64,000 bases of DNA from Octopus vulgaris (Eukaryota), in assembly GCA_951406725.2 (NCBI GenBank), contig OX597822.1, forward strand, positions 16,554,001 through 16,618,000, written 5' to 3'. The first letter of the stretch is position 1. Each line of letters starts with the position of its first letter. Of the stretch, positions 15,520-29,559 are shown one piece after another. The notes beneath the pieces are model-generated. The model made no database searches, was not told where the DNA came from, and worked only from the letters and a program-made list of their open reading frames with translations. The position numbers were made by a program, and so were the translations under genes.

Positions 15520-18159
15520 AGTGTGATTCAAACGAAAGGATTTAAATTTCTAGTTTTAATAAAATATACAAACTCAACTAATGAAAACATTTTTATTTAT
15601 GCAAACATTCCCCAGTTTATAAAAATGTGTGAATGTATGAGAATGAGCAAGCATGCTTCTGATTGTGTGTGTATGTGTGTGTGAGTGTGTGTGCATGCGT
15701 GTGTGTGTACGTGGGTGCGTGTGTACGTATGTGTGTGTGTGTACGTGTGTGTGCATGTGTGCGAATGCATCGATATCATAATAGTCTGCCTAAGAAGCTT
15801 CAAAACTGGAATTCAGAATACAGAACGGTGTTATGAAAGTTGGATCTTCTTTTAAGAAGCGTATGAGAAGAAGACTTAGAGAAAATGTGATGAAAAATAA
15901 TTTGCCTCCGGAAAACAGGAGAGAATGCAATTATCTCCTTGTGCAGGAAAACTCATTTTCTTGAAACTAAAAACAAAAAATCAAGATTACTTCTCCATTT
16001 GAATTCATATCAGCGTAAGGAAAAAAAAAATGACAAATAAGTAAATTCGCTGTAGTTTAGATTAAGGACTTAAGAGCTAAACTATTGCATTTTAAGAATA
16101 TCCTTTCAAAATGATTAAAAACCAATATGTAGTTCAAAGTATTTAGTGATCTACAAAGGATGCATTTGGTGTTGTTTTGCAGATTAACATGCAACGTCTT
16201 ACAGAAATCAATTATACAATTATTTGTTTATATATTTTACTTGCTTCTGTTCTAAATGCAGTTTTCTCATTCATGCCTGGGAAGGTGTCCTTGGGCTTTT
16301 GATTTTTGCAAAGGGATGCACTTCTTTGAGCAAAATGTTCAACCAAGGGGTGAGTAAGCTTTTCCATTTTTCTCCTGTGATACAAGAGAACTGGGGCTGG
16401 AAAACAGCGTATGATCGAAGCTGGTCTTGATCAAAGGCAGAACATAAGGACAGACGTAAAAAAATAAGAAACCAGTAGTCTATTACATTAGCTTTTCAGT
16501 AAATCTGTCTAATATGATATAAAGTATAAAGTTAATGCAAGACACTCTATACAAAATTGTGAGTATAGAAAAACTGAAGCGCTACAAAGTAAATAAAAGA
16601 TATAAAAGACATTCGTGGCTAGAAGAATGATTACACAAGTTTTTAAACTCGTGTACATTATGTTCCTTTTCCCTTTGAGTCATTTGAATTTCATTTGAAA
16701 AAATCCATTGTAAGATTATAAAACACAATTATAAAATAATTGATATTGAGGCTTTTAATCTATAAGAATATTAAAAAATTCGGTTGTTTTTCTTTCGATT
16801 TTTTCGGGCACAAATCGAAAATCATCTTTGTTTAATATTTTAATCTTTTGCAAGTTTCACTCTTTAAACTGCAATCATAGTGACGCGCTCTCATTAGACA
16901 TTTTAGTCAATTAAATCGAACTCATATCTTTGTCTGGTACGTCACATATTGAAGCCTAGAAACCAAATCACTGTCTCCCAGTCGAAACGTGCACGGCACA
17001 CAATAGAAGCCCGTCTGAATACAGCATTATCTGAACATAAAACTTGAAGTAGTTCACCTATAAACTTTCTATTTAATAAATAATATAATATACACTATAT
17101 AGGCGATTCGATTCGCCACCTCATTTACAGTCATAACACCTGTGTCTCATGACTCAGATACCGCACCTGAACTTCCAATCAACCTCAAGAAATGAACCTA
17201 AATTTCCTAAACAGATTCATAACATACTTGAAGTTTATTATAGAAATGTTGTATGGACGCCCCAAGACGATGAAGTAGGCTAGCGCAATACGTAGATATA
17301 GAGGGAGAAGCCTAGACTTCGAGAGAGCAGAGTGGGTTGAGTAGAAGGCATCCGAACGTACGACATAACAAGAAAATATTGTTTTTAAAAGTAAAGGTTT
17401 TATTCATAATTAATAATCTTTTAATTTCATCTTCATATGATTTGATGACCCATATCAAAATTTTCAATAATTCAACACTAAAAAGTAATTTAGAAATTAA
17501 TTTACATTTTATTTAGTTTTCACACAGGTATAAAAAAAAAAAAAATAGTTTTTTTTTTCTTTTTTCTATCCGTGTAAGTTGCTTTTGATAAATCTACTGG
17601 TTTTTACACAATGTGTAATTAAATGCTCGTTAATATTTGTTAAATTCCAAACATATATTTCTATTGCTTATCAGATTTTCTTAAGCACTAATTCGGCCTT
17701 TAATCCTATTCACTAACAAATTTGTCGCTAATTATCGAAGTCAAACAATAGGTTAATCAATACTAAGTAATGCCCAATAAATCATAATTTAAATGAAGCT
17801 TCGATTAATTAAATTTTGCAGTGCCTATTTACGGCAAAAACAATGACGATAAGAAACCAGTTATGTTCTGTATATTTGCAAAATGGCATTTACAAAAGAT
17901 ATTTAAGAGAATATTTCAGTTGTTTGCTATTTCTGAGCAGCTTATAAAACATATTTTGAAAATGTGTAATGAACGAAGCATCAGAAATATTAAATAAAAC
18001 ACATTTGTTGGCTTCAGGTTAATTGCTTCTAATTACCGAGGTTCATTCATCTGCTCACAAATTCTTCAATAGCTTCTTTCATGATCAAACTTTCAGGATA
18101 TGTGCCAAAACAAACTGTTGCATAATATCAAATATAATATAAATGTTCAAATAATAAGA

Positions 18160-18160
18160 A

Positions 18161-18209
<49 letters not shown>

Positions 18210-18225
18210 TAATAATAATAATAAT
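18160..18225. repeat. (AAT)n microsatellite
   Basis: Direct reading. Confidence 0.9.
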
Positions 18226-18553
18226 GACATATGTTGATAATTCCTAACAAAAATTAAAAAGTATTTTAGAAATATGACTTTTAATTCTTTTACTTGTTGC
18301 AGTTATTGGACGACGGCCTTGAATCGTTTAGTCGAGTGAATCGACTCAGTCCTTATGAGTTTACTTATTCTGTCAGACACTATTGTTGAGCCACTAAGTT
18401 GTGGGGATGTAAGCAAGCCAACGCCGATCGTCAAGCGTTAGGGAGTGGCACATACACACAAACACTTATATATAGGTATGTATGTGTGTGTGTGCGAGCG
18501 CATGTGTATGCCTTTAAAAATGTGCATCTACATGTCTCCTATATATGCATACA

Positions 18554-19133
18554 CACAGACATGCAGGAAGTAAATAGACACCTTTAATTTTCTAAATCTT
18601 TTATTTGATATTAATTGGTTGAAGGTGAGGTTTTCTTCTAGCTGTTTGTCCATAATACCCAGGCTTATGCAGATATATAACACGCGTTGGTGGAGTAACT
18701 TCTAGCTGTTTTGCAATGTCAAAAGCCTTCGAGCAGGGTTCGTTTTCCACAATTCTCTTCAAACAGCGAAGCTTCCTTTCCGAGGGCCCAGGTCGGCCGG
18801 GACGAGAGTCGGTTGATTCTTTTCCTTGGCTTTTGAATTGCACTATAATTCTATTAACAGTAGCAAGAGGAATTTGATGATTTTTGGCAATTTTTCGCTG
18901 GCTAAGACCAGCCTCAGATTGTCCAGCAATACACAACCTCTCTGAAAATCTGATAGTTCTGCTGAATTTTTTGTGCGTGGTATGGTTACTCTTCGTAAAT
19001 GTTTAATATAATGACACCTGGAATGAAGAAGAATATTTGCATTGTAAATTCTACACCGCTGAAAACACATTAAGACGCTTAGATCAGAAATTTTGAAAAT
19101 TAAAGGTGTCTATTTACTTCCTGCATGTCTGTG
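18554..19133 (-). mobile_element. Internally deleted Tc1/mariner transposon (TIRs plus N-terminal HTH only)
   Basis: TIR cacagacatgcaggaagtaaatagacacctttaattttc at both ends; TA after the right end; ELSDFQRG / GLSQRKIAK...SRPGRP...ARRKP paired-like HTH; DDE domain absent. Confidence 0.88.
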
Positions 19134-19186
19134 TATATACATATATATAGACACACACACACACACGCACACACACACACATATAA

Positions 19187-19417
19187 AGGCGGTGAGCTGG
19201 CAGAAACGTTAGCGCACCGGGCGAAATGCTTAGCCGTATTTCGTCTGTCGTTACGTTCTGAGTTCAAATTCCGCTGATGTCGACTTTGCCTTTCATCCTC
19301 TCGGGGTCGATAAATAAAGTACCAGCTTCGCACTGGGTCGATGTAATCGACTTAATCCGTTTGTCCGTCCTTGTTTGTCCCCTCTATGTTTAACCCCTTG
19401 TGGGTAGTAAAGAAATA
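19187..19417 (+). mobile_element. SINE family B, full length
   Basis: ggcggtgagctggcagaaacgttagc (A box) ... gagttcaaattcc (B box) ... gactttgcctttcatcc..ggggtcgataaa... tail gtaaagaaata. Confidence 0.88.
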
Positions 19418-20290
19418 TATATGTATATGTGTGTATATATATATATGCACTTTTCTTCTAGCAAATTCTTGCACGCGGCATTTAATCTGCGTAATGGGAC
19501 TGAACCAGAAACTAGATGGTTGAAAAACGGACAGTCATGCCTGCATTTGGAGTTGATAAAATTACGATCCAATTTTTGTTTGATACGGTTTTATTTCTAC
19601 CTCCTCATCCTCCTCATCCTCCTCATCCTTTCCTTACCCTGAAATTATCCCTCTAAAATTCATTAGCGGAAAGGACTGAAAATGCTTTCCTGTTCTCATG
19701 AGTATCTCCATGATCACGTGGCCATTGAAAGTTCGGTGCAATGTATGACATAGAAAAGGATCTATGGCTTCAACCTCATTCAAACTGAACCATTTCTACG
19801 GCTCCAACTGTTATGATTGTTATTTTCTTTGGCTTGGAATTCTTCCATTTTTCATACAAATAAGTATTTCGCTACGGTTTATGTTGCCGTCAGCGATGAT
19901 GGTGGAATTGCGTATTTTGTGTGTTTCCTCAAACTTTTTAATTATTCTGAATATTTTATGTGAAAACAAAATTTTTGTAGACCAAAACGAAATCAGCTTA
20001 CATATTATTTATCTATAAATGCAAATATATGTACACACCTATTTATATCTATATTTATCAATCTATCTACCAATGCGTGTGTGCATGTGCGTGTGTGGAG
20101 TTGGTGTGTGTTGTGTGTGTGTGTGTGTGTGTGTATGACTCCACTGTTTATCTTTTTCTTATCTACTGGTTTCGATGTTTCTGGGTACATTTTTGCATTC
20201 AGTTGAATAAACAGACAGATATTTATGTGCTTGTATGCACGGGTATATGTTTATGCATACGTACACGCATACATTCTTGTAAACACACAC

Positions 20291-20321
<31 letters not shown>

Positions 20322-21685
20322 AACAGGCATAACTACGTATATTTGTTGTTTCGTGAGGATATATCATTTTCCATTCCTTCACTCAAATAGCATTATATTC
20401 AACTAAATAACAGAAGTTGCATGCAAAATCATGCAGGAGTTTTAAATATTCATACGAGCCAACATGAAATATACGCATTTCCACGCCCGCACACACCCAC
20501 ACATCCACACACATATACGTATACACAGACATGCGTATACCCTCACATGCATTTCATTCAAAACATATGACTACATCCAAATCTGTACGCCTAAGCAAAG
20601 CTTAATACGTATTCACAACCAAACACCCATCCACCAACCTCTAAAATCACATACACATCTCTTGTGCACATATATATACACATATGCAAAAGAGATGTAT
20701 AAACATGCTCATCTTCCTAAATGTTCGCGTGCACAGTCGTGTATATAAGCCTTTCGGTTGCTGCAAAGTAAGGTATGCACAAACGCACTCGAGTGCAAAT
20801 ATATATTACACACGCACGCATAAATCCAATCATATATATTGGCGTGCATGGACGAAAATTCAGTCGGCTAAATAAAGTGATCAATGAGATATTGGTTGCC
20901 TTGTAAATATCTACTTTAGATTTCTGCAAGCTGCCACTGAAGTACCAGGGGGTGGGGGAAAAGACGGAATACGTATTTGAGAACCTCGACGAATGAATCG
21001 AACCAAAATTTGGAATGTTTTTCGTAAAACTGAATGAACAGTGAAAGATATACGCTTGGATAGGTTTATTTTCCTCTGGCTTCCTCAGAGCATCAACACG
21101 TAGATAATAAAAAGAATTATAGATATCCTGATACTGGCCTATACATTTCTATTTATCGTCAGAAATATTTACGCACGATTCTTGCATCAGAATATTCTTT
21201 TTGTTTTGTTTTGTTTTGATTTTTTTTGTTTTCTGTCTTTTGGAGTATTTTTTTCTGATTCATTGATTTGATTTTGTAAACAAGGGTTTATTCATGACTA
21301 ATATTACACACATACACCTTGGATAATATGCAGAATTGAGTGCAATCTAATTTACATATTATTCGTGTACATATGCATACATGGCTATTTCCATTTATAA
21401 ACTCGTATATTTGTGCACGGTCATATATTCGTATATGTTAAATGGTTTAAAACCCAAGCGATTCAGCTATACACAGGTTTTCATTTTAAATATGAATAAT
21501 TATGCATATTGCTTCAGTGTACGTCAATATTGCGCATGTACGTGTTTGTGCAATGTAAGTATCAGGATATACACACTCATACAAACACGCAAACATGCAC
21601 ACACGAAGAAAAACGAAGACACGCAGACATGCACAAATACATAACACATTCGTACACACTTGCAAATACATATATATACGCATAG

Positions 21686-21739
<54 letters not shown>

Positions 21740-21769
21740 TTGCGTGTGTGTGTGTGTGTTATTTGCTGG

Positions 21770-23050
21770 TGAAGTGTTTAAGGTCTTTGCAGTCTGTCCA
21801 AGATTGGAGAGAGCGATGATGTTGATGTCATTATTTTCAATGCTTTCGCAACAACTGTGTTCTGCCGACACTTACAGGACTTACATATCATGGGAGGAGA
21901 GGTACTGAGTAAAGTAGTGAGAGCAGAATTTGGTGGGGTGAGGGAGCCATCATGTTGAAAGGGGGAGAGATGAGTGTGACTGGAATAGCTGAATGGAAGT
22001 GGTATGAGACCAACACCAATGAGGTCCGAGAAGCAGAGGATATTGTTGTTGCCATAGAAAAAGGCAGACAGTGGAAGCATCGTCAGCAGGTCTGAAGGCC
22101 AGAGGTTCGAGCTTGTCAGTGAGCGACTTCAAACCAATCAAACAAATGGTGTTTTCCTGGATCCTAATTTGTCTGTTCGTGGAAGATGGGAGCAGCACCC
22201 TGCGTTAAACAGGGATGAGGAGCGATTTTATTAATTTTACATGTTGATATCAGTAATACATGGGTATTTTTTGCTCTTGAAGACGGCAAGACAGTCATGG
22301 CCCCATTGAAGGATACTTTATAGATCTCTTCTCTTGAGGTCTTTACTGATTTGATGCGTCTAGATAACGCATGGTTGGAGGAGGCTTGAGAAAAATGAAA
22401 GATAACAGCATGTGCTGTGTTGGACCCGTCACCAAGTGGATTGGTGGAGAACAGAAGGAATAGAGTTGGGATGAGAACAAAATCCTGAAGCACAACAGAG
22501 CTGACAGAGAGAGGAGAAGGGGGAGAGAGAGAAAGAGAGGGCAGCATCGGTAGAGGTCGCTATAATGCATTATGAGTGAAAGCTTCGAATACAAAAAATA
22601 AGAGATGAATGAAGCTTATGATCGAAAGTTTTGACAGAAAATTCCTATGTTAGAGAAGGTCGAAATTCCCTGGTTGCAAAGCGAGATTCCCAACCACAGA
22701 GACATGCTAGCGTTCACTGTTTTTGGATAATAATGATAGAATCTATCGCTACCGGTACCATATTCCTCTGTACGCCCCAATGTAGTCGCTCGACTCCTTT
22801 CATAATATTGCAGGTTCGTCCTCAAATCAAATTCTATCACCATCAAGAACAGGAAGGATACTTTGCAGAATGCAGTCATGGAGGATCCCAAACAGATGAA
22901 ATGGTCATAGATAGAATTGATTTTATCATATTGTTGTATTTAGGAATGGTCATGACCATTCCTAAATACAACAATATCTGTTTCAACACACGATTTCCCA
23001 TCAAGAATCTTGCAAAATATGTTTTTTATCATGGATATTATTTTTAAAAG
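21770..23050 (-). mobile_element. Possible heavily decayed LINE (ORF1/endonuclease region)
   Basis: GC-richer block; minus frames give REFRP...FCQNFxH (knuckle-like) and QYLSSHD (APE-like); weak. Confidence 0.25.
22928..22977. repeat. Perfect 50 bp spacer-less palindrome
   Basis: atattgttgtatttaggaatggtca|tgaccattcctaaatacaacaatat. Confidence 0.95.
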
Positions 23051-24378
23051 TTTGAATTAAGACTGATCAGCAGTAACAATAAATTTCGTAACGCTTAATA
23101 AAGCAACGTTTGATAGTGTAGTCCAAGGTACAGCATGCCAAGAATGCTTTTGATTATTGGTGTGTTGCATTATGCCTGACTTGGGTCTAATGAACCGGAA
23201 CAACAACAATAAGAACAGCACAATATGGAGACTATCAGAAACCACAACAAAAAATAAACATTTATGAGTGAATAAGGGAGTCTTTATGCGATCGGCTACC
23301 CTACACGTCATAGCAGCTAAATCACCTTCCGATTATATATTTTCGTTTATAAAAAAGCAATGGTGTAATGCTTTTGACAAAAAACAAAGCATGATCATGT
23401 CTGAGATGATTTTGGTACAATAACGCTTGTACAGCGTTGAACTAGGGTTAAACCTGAAAATATCAGTATAATAAATATAACACATTTGCATCACCAGGAA
23501 GCGTGTTTCTTTTGATAAAGCCAACAGCTTCTGCAATCAATATTTGTTAGAAGACAAAGTAAAACTAGTTAAATTATACATCTAGTGATCTTCTGCAGCT
23601 CTGTAAGATCGCTCTGACTGTGTTTATGCGTCTGTGTGTGCGTGTGTGCGTGCGTATGAGAGAGGGGGAATGAGTAAAAGAGAGAGAGAGAGAGAGAGAG
23701 AGAAAGTGCGTATGTTTTGTGTGTGTGTGTGTGTGTGTGGTGCGGTGTTGTAATGAAACGAGTTCAGTTGGTGAGTGTACCTGGAAATCTTGAAAATATT
23801 CTCTCAGGTATTCTATATCAAAGGCTTAGACGAAATGCGAACAGTGATCGGAGAAATAAAAGCTAGAGTGCTGCTAGCATGGAAGCACATATTACTTAGA
23901 AGCTCTGTTCTATTTAAAGGCGGCAAATACAGAAGCAAGAGAGGCTGCAAGTACAATCCGAAGAAGTCTTCGATTGCATCGTTGACAGCCGTTGGCCCCG
24001 AACGATATGTAACAACAACAACTGTCATATAAGGTATCAGCTTTACATTTCTTTCTTTCTTTCGGGACCTTAGCTGTGGCGTTGGAATGGCGTAATCGTA
24101 ATTTGTTACAGTGGATGCCTTGTGGTATTTGTGTTCAAATCCCGCAGTTGATAATTGAATCCGTTATCCGGTTTTCGAGGAACCCACGCTTTTGCATGAT
24201 AGTTTTGGGGATTGAGAGTAACGTCCTCCCCACCCCTAGAGTCTTGAAGGCTCCGTAATTAATCAGGGGCCCCATATTCCTTTCTTATTAAAGAGACAAA
24301 AACCCAAAGGAGCCAACGATAGAATCTCTATGTGACAGCTCGAACTGCGAAAATTTGGAAATAAATTCTTCATTAATT

Positions 24379-24861
24379 AGACGCAGGTGCGGTTGTGTGG
24401 TAAGGAATTTGCTTTCCCACACATATGGTTCCAGGTTCAGTCCTACTATGTGGTACCTTTAGCAAGTGTCTTCGACTATAGCACTGGGCCAACGAAAGCC
24501 TTCTGAATGGATCTTATTGATGGAAACTGAAAGAAACCGTTGTATATGTGTGTGTGTATGTATTTGTGAGTGTGTGTGTGAGCGTGTGTCAGTATCTGAG
24601 TGTGTGCTTGTGTGCGCGCGCGTGTGTGTGCATGTGTGCGTGTGTCTTCGTGTCTGAGTTTATCTTTAACCACCACTTGATAATTGGCGTTGGTGTGTTT
24701 ACACCCCAGTGACTTAGCGGTTCAGCATAAGGGAACCATAGAATAAGTACTAAGCTTTTAAAAAGAGGAATTGGAGTCGATTAATTCGACTAAAATTCCT
24801 CAAGATGGTGCCCCATAATGGCCGAGGTCTAATGAGTGAAATATGAAAGAATTAAAAGATA
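24379..24861 (+). mobile_element. SINE family A (diverged, full length)
   Basis: Head ggttgtgtggtaagg...ggttcagtcc, body, TG-rich insert, tail. Confidence 0.8.
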
Positions 24862-25235
24862 ATTGCAATTTCTAGTCTTTAAAATACCATAAATACAATA
24901 TTCATGAAAAATGCGACGTGGTGGTCATGGTTTGGTTGAATGTATTTGTTCATGATTGCTTAGAACTAGAAAAACTAGAAAACCTATACATTAACACTGG
25001 TCACTACCACCACACACTTAGAAATAACAGCTAATTACCTCCAGCCATCTATTCTGTATAATCTTAAGAAAGAATGGAACGCATTGAAAAACTTGGTCTT
25101 TGATATAAAGCCGCTTAATCAAAAGAAAGACATGTCCAAGGGCTGAATATCTTTGACCTTTTGTATGTCTGATCAACGCTTCCCATATCCAACATCTTTG
25201 CATTTATTTAAGACTTTCAGCAAAATATAAACGCT

Positions 25236-25575
25236 GGGCATGGTTGTGTTGTTAATAATATCGCTTTGTAATCACGTGCTTCTGGTTTCAGTCCTGCTGT
25301 GCAACACCTTGTGCATCTTTTATTGTAGCCCCTGATCGATTGTGGGAGAATGTAATAGATGGAAACTATATAGAAGCTCGTTCTATATGTCTGTGTGTCT
25401 TTGTTGTTAAGGCTTCTTGTCCCACAGCTCTACAACCGGTGTTGGTTTGGTTACGGTGAATAAGATCGACAGAATAACGACTGGACTCAAAATAAGTATT
25501 GAGGTTTAGCTGTTCGGCTAAACCCTTTCAACACTGTGCTCCGGCATAGCCGCAGTTTAATTACTGAAATAAGGA
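25236..25575 (+). mobile_element. SINE family A, old copy
   Basis: Degenerate head, body and tail motifs in the same order. Confidence 0.55.
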
Positions 25576-26297
25576 GTGCCTAAAAGACAGACTATAAAAT
25601 ATATTAGTTATTAAAAGACCGTCTGTATGCTTACATAACACTTGTGAAAATTGTTTGTGGTCTTTCATTACTTTCCTTTGTCTGGTTATTTCTCGACTTC
25701 CTTGAAATATAATTATCAAATTGTTGACCTGCAATATCGCAAGAGATTAAATTATCTCGTAACTATTAATGACTATTTTAATAATTCACATCCTCAGCTC
25801 TTTGCCTCAAGTTCTTACTTGTCATGGAGAAAGCCATACAAGTAATTTCTACGCCATCTTCACAGAGGGACTACTCCAGCTGTTCAGTTCAATTTCTGTG
25901 AACATAAAGACACCTTACAGAACAAATACTGACTTAGACTACGAATCCTTTAAAATCGATTTCTCAACCAATATTCATTTGCATTCTTCCAATGTCACTG
26001 CTTAGCTTTTCACACTATTCGGAGCATTGCTAATGAGATATTCGCTTTTCAGGAATAACAAGGGAAAATATTGAATTCAAGCATCTTTATAGACATAAAA
26101 TCAATGATTGTGACTTCAGTTAAGACAATGTCTGAATATCGCGACCGGAAGAACCTAAATTATTTTTTACATTAATAAGTCTGCTGCCTGTATGTGTGTG
26201 TGTGTGTGTGACATGCTTTAATTTTTATAAAATTAAATAAATAAAATAAAATAATGATGAATACTCACGAATTCATGATGAACAAAATGAATAACAA

Positions 26298-26476
26298 TGA
26301 GAAGGAGGAGAAGAAGAAGAAGAAGAAGAAGAAGAAGAAGAAGAAGGTGGAGGAGGAGGAAGAGAAGAAGAAGAAGAAGAAGAAGAAGAAGAAGAAGAAG
26401 AAGAAGAAGAAGAAGAAGAAGAAGAAGAAGAAGAAGAAGAAGAAGAAGAAGAAGAAGAAGAAGAAGAAGAAGAAGA
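26298..26476. repeat. (GAA)n microsatellite
   Basis: Direct reading. Confidence 0.95.
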
Positions 26477-28151
26477 ATTGCCTTAATGAAGTAATAATGC
26501 CAGATTGGGTTAGAGGGAGGACAATACTGATTATGAAAGATATGAGCAAGGGTTATAAGCAGTTAGCATCTATGGAACAATCACTTGCTTACCATTAGTG
26601 TGGAAGATGTTAACAGGAATGCTTTCAGAAAGCATTTACGAACACCTTGACAACCAGAATTTACTGCCAGAAGAAAAAAAGAAAAACTTCCAGGAAGAAG
26701 GTGAGAGGAAGGCATGATCTATTATACATAGACAAATCAGTTCTAAATGAAGTAAAAACTAGAAAGAAAAATCTAACAATAGCCTGGATAGATTATAGGA
26801 AAATCCTACGACATGATCCCACATACGTGGATAAGTGAATGCTTGAGTATGTTCAGTAGAGCAGACGACATAAGAGAATTAATTAGCTTTGGCATGACGG
26901 AATGGAAAGTAGACCTCTACTCAAGTGACACACTGTTAGGAAAAATTAATATCAAAAGGGGAATTTTCCAGGGGAAATCGTTGTCCTCTTTAATATTTGT
27001 TGTATGTTTGATACTCCTCGGTTTAGTATGAAGGAAGGCAAAGGCAGGGTATCAGTTCAGAAATAGCAATGGAAAAATTAACCATTTGCTCTACATGGAT
27101 GATCTGAAGCTTTTTAGTAAGAATGAAACAGAGATAAATTCCTCACGACAGAATGTAAGACCCTTCTACAAAGATATAAGCATGGAATTTGGCGTAGATA
27201 AGTATAAAATATTAGTCATGAGGAAGGGACAGATAGTCAACAGTGAAGGCATCCAATTACGAGATGGTCAGACATTAAAATCATTAAAAGGATGAAAGTG
27301 TTATAAGTATCTAGGAGAATTAGAATTTGACAGAGTACTAACAATAGAAATGAAAAGGAGTACACCAGAAGGGGGAGGAAGCTAATGAAATCAAAGCTAA
27401 CTGGTCTGAATCTAGTGAAGGCTGTAAATATTAGGGCAATATTATTACTTAGATACTCAGCAGCTTTTGTAGATTAAAGAAAAACTGAATTAGCAAAGCA
27501 ACACAGAAGAACTAGGAAGGAATTCAATATAAATGGAGACCTCCACCGAAGGGCAGGAGTAGCAAGATTATACATACCAAAGAGGGGAGGCGGAAAAGAG
27601 CTGTTAGAGTCATAGCAAGAAATAGGGAAACCAAAGACAAAAATATGAACTTAAAAACCATAAAAATGAACAGAAATTACTTGACTGGCAGGTGAAAGAA
27701 TTACGTGGTAGATTCCCAAAGATACTTGCAGCAAATAGAAGTAGTGAGACATGGTTATGGTTGAAGAAATGAAAGCCGAAAAGGGAGACAGAAAGTTTGT
27801 TAGTAACAGCATAAGATCAAGCATTAAGGACTACTTGGATGAAAGCCAAGATAGACAAAACCAAGTAGAATCCCAGTGTAGATTATACAAATCAAAAGAG
27901 GAAAGCGTTGCTCATATACAAAGTGAATGTAGCACGCTGGTACAGAACGAATACAAGAAACGACATGACAACATAAGGAGAGTAATCTTTAGCTATGGTT
28001 TGAACATATTAATAAATGGTATGAAACATAAACCTAGGAAAGTACTAGAAAGAAAGAAATACAAGATGCTGTGGAACTTTAATATTCAGACTGACAGAGC
28101 AATAGAAGTTAGAAGGCCTGATTTAGTAGTAGTAGTAGTAGTAGTAGTAGT

Positions 28152-28228
<77 letters not shown>

Positions 28229-28590
28229 ATAAAGAGAATAGAACGTGCCAGACAACTAACTTTACAGTCCCGAATGATGAAAAAAATCAATATGAGAGGT
28301 ATCGGAAAAATAGCAAAGATCCAGGACCTAGCCATTGAATTACAGAGGTTATGAAAAGTACGGATAAAATGTATGCCAGTAGTTATAGGTGCATTGAGAA
28401 CTATCACTACAGATCTGAACAGACGGATAAAGGAAATAGGCATAAAACCCAGCCTAGTACAGCACCAGAAAATAGTGTTATGAGGGACGGCTAGGATATT
28501 GAGTAGGGTTCTTGGCATCTAAGGATACTTGCTGTAGACCCATGTTAGGATTCTTTTCTTTTCCAGCAGTTTAATCCGTTATGTGTAAAC
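26477..28590 (+). mobile_element. 5'-truncated decayed RLE-type non-LTR retrotransposon (R4/Dong-like)
   Basis: Fragmented frames: GRTILIMK, AWIDYRK, GIFQGKSLS, YMDDLKLF, CRL..EESVAHIQSEC, KKRHDN, LWNFNIQTD..RRPDLV; followed by a (TAA)n tail. Confidence 0.9.
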
Positions 28591-28591
28591 G

Positions 28592-28658
<67 letters not shown>

Positions 28659-28708
28659 TGATAATAATAATAATAATAATAATGATGATAATAATAATAA
28701 TAATGATG

Positions 28709-28774
<66 letters not shown>

Positions 28775-28826
28775 GTAATAATAAAATAATAATAATGATG
28801 ATAATAAAATAATTATAATAATGATG

Positions 28827-28862
<36 letters not shown>

Positions 28863-28925
28863 GAACATGACCACTTGACCGTGGCGATGGTGATGGTGAT
28901 GGGAATAAGAATAATAATAATAAGC
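28591..28925. repeat. (AAT)n/(GAT)n tract (LINE tail or target)
   Basis: Direct reading. Confidence 0.9.
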
Positions 28926-29006
28926 TACCGCTGTGACTACATGATGATGATGATGATGACGGTGATGATGATAATTCTTATTTTTGTTTGTTTCTCTTTT
29001 TTTTTT

Positions 29007-29299
29007 CTCTTTTTACTCATTTTCTTGTTTCAGTCATTTGACTGCGGCCATGCTGGAGCACCGCCTTTTCAATCGAGCAACTCGACCCCGGGACTTATTC
29101 TTTTGTAAGCCCAGTACTTATTCTATCGGTCTCTTTTGCCGAGTGACGGGGACGGAAAAAATACCAGCATCGATTGTCAAGCAATGGTGGGGGGACAAAT
29201 ACAGACACACAAACACACACACACAAACATATACACACACACATACATACATACATACATACATACATACATACATACATACATACATACATACATACA

Positions 29300-29335
<36 letters not shown>

Positions 29336-29503
29336 TACATATATACGACGGGCTTCTTCCAGTTTCCGTCTACCAAATCCACTCACAAGGCTTTGGTCGG
29401 CCCGAGGCTATAGTAGAAGACACTTGCCCAAGATGCCACGCAGTAGGACTGAACCCAGAACCATGTGGTTGGTAAACAAGCTACTTACCACACAGCCACT
29501 CCT
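29007..29503 (-). mobile_element. SINE family A, full length (uninterrupted reference for the target site)
   Basis: Ends ...ccatgtggttggtaaacaagctactt|accacacagccactcct; internal (CATA)n. Confidence 0.9.
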
Positions 29504-29559
29504 GTTTGTTTTTTGTTTTTTCTCGTATTTTATTCTCATTTTTTCGAACTAATACAGGC

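Noticed and set aside
16262-16349. Exon-like segment (tgcag|...ggg|gtgagt)
   Set aside because: Splice-like signals only; no recognisable protein or partner exons
26254-26598. Poly-K/poly-R/poly-F ORFs
   Set aside because: (GAA)n microsatellite fused to the start of a decayed LINE
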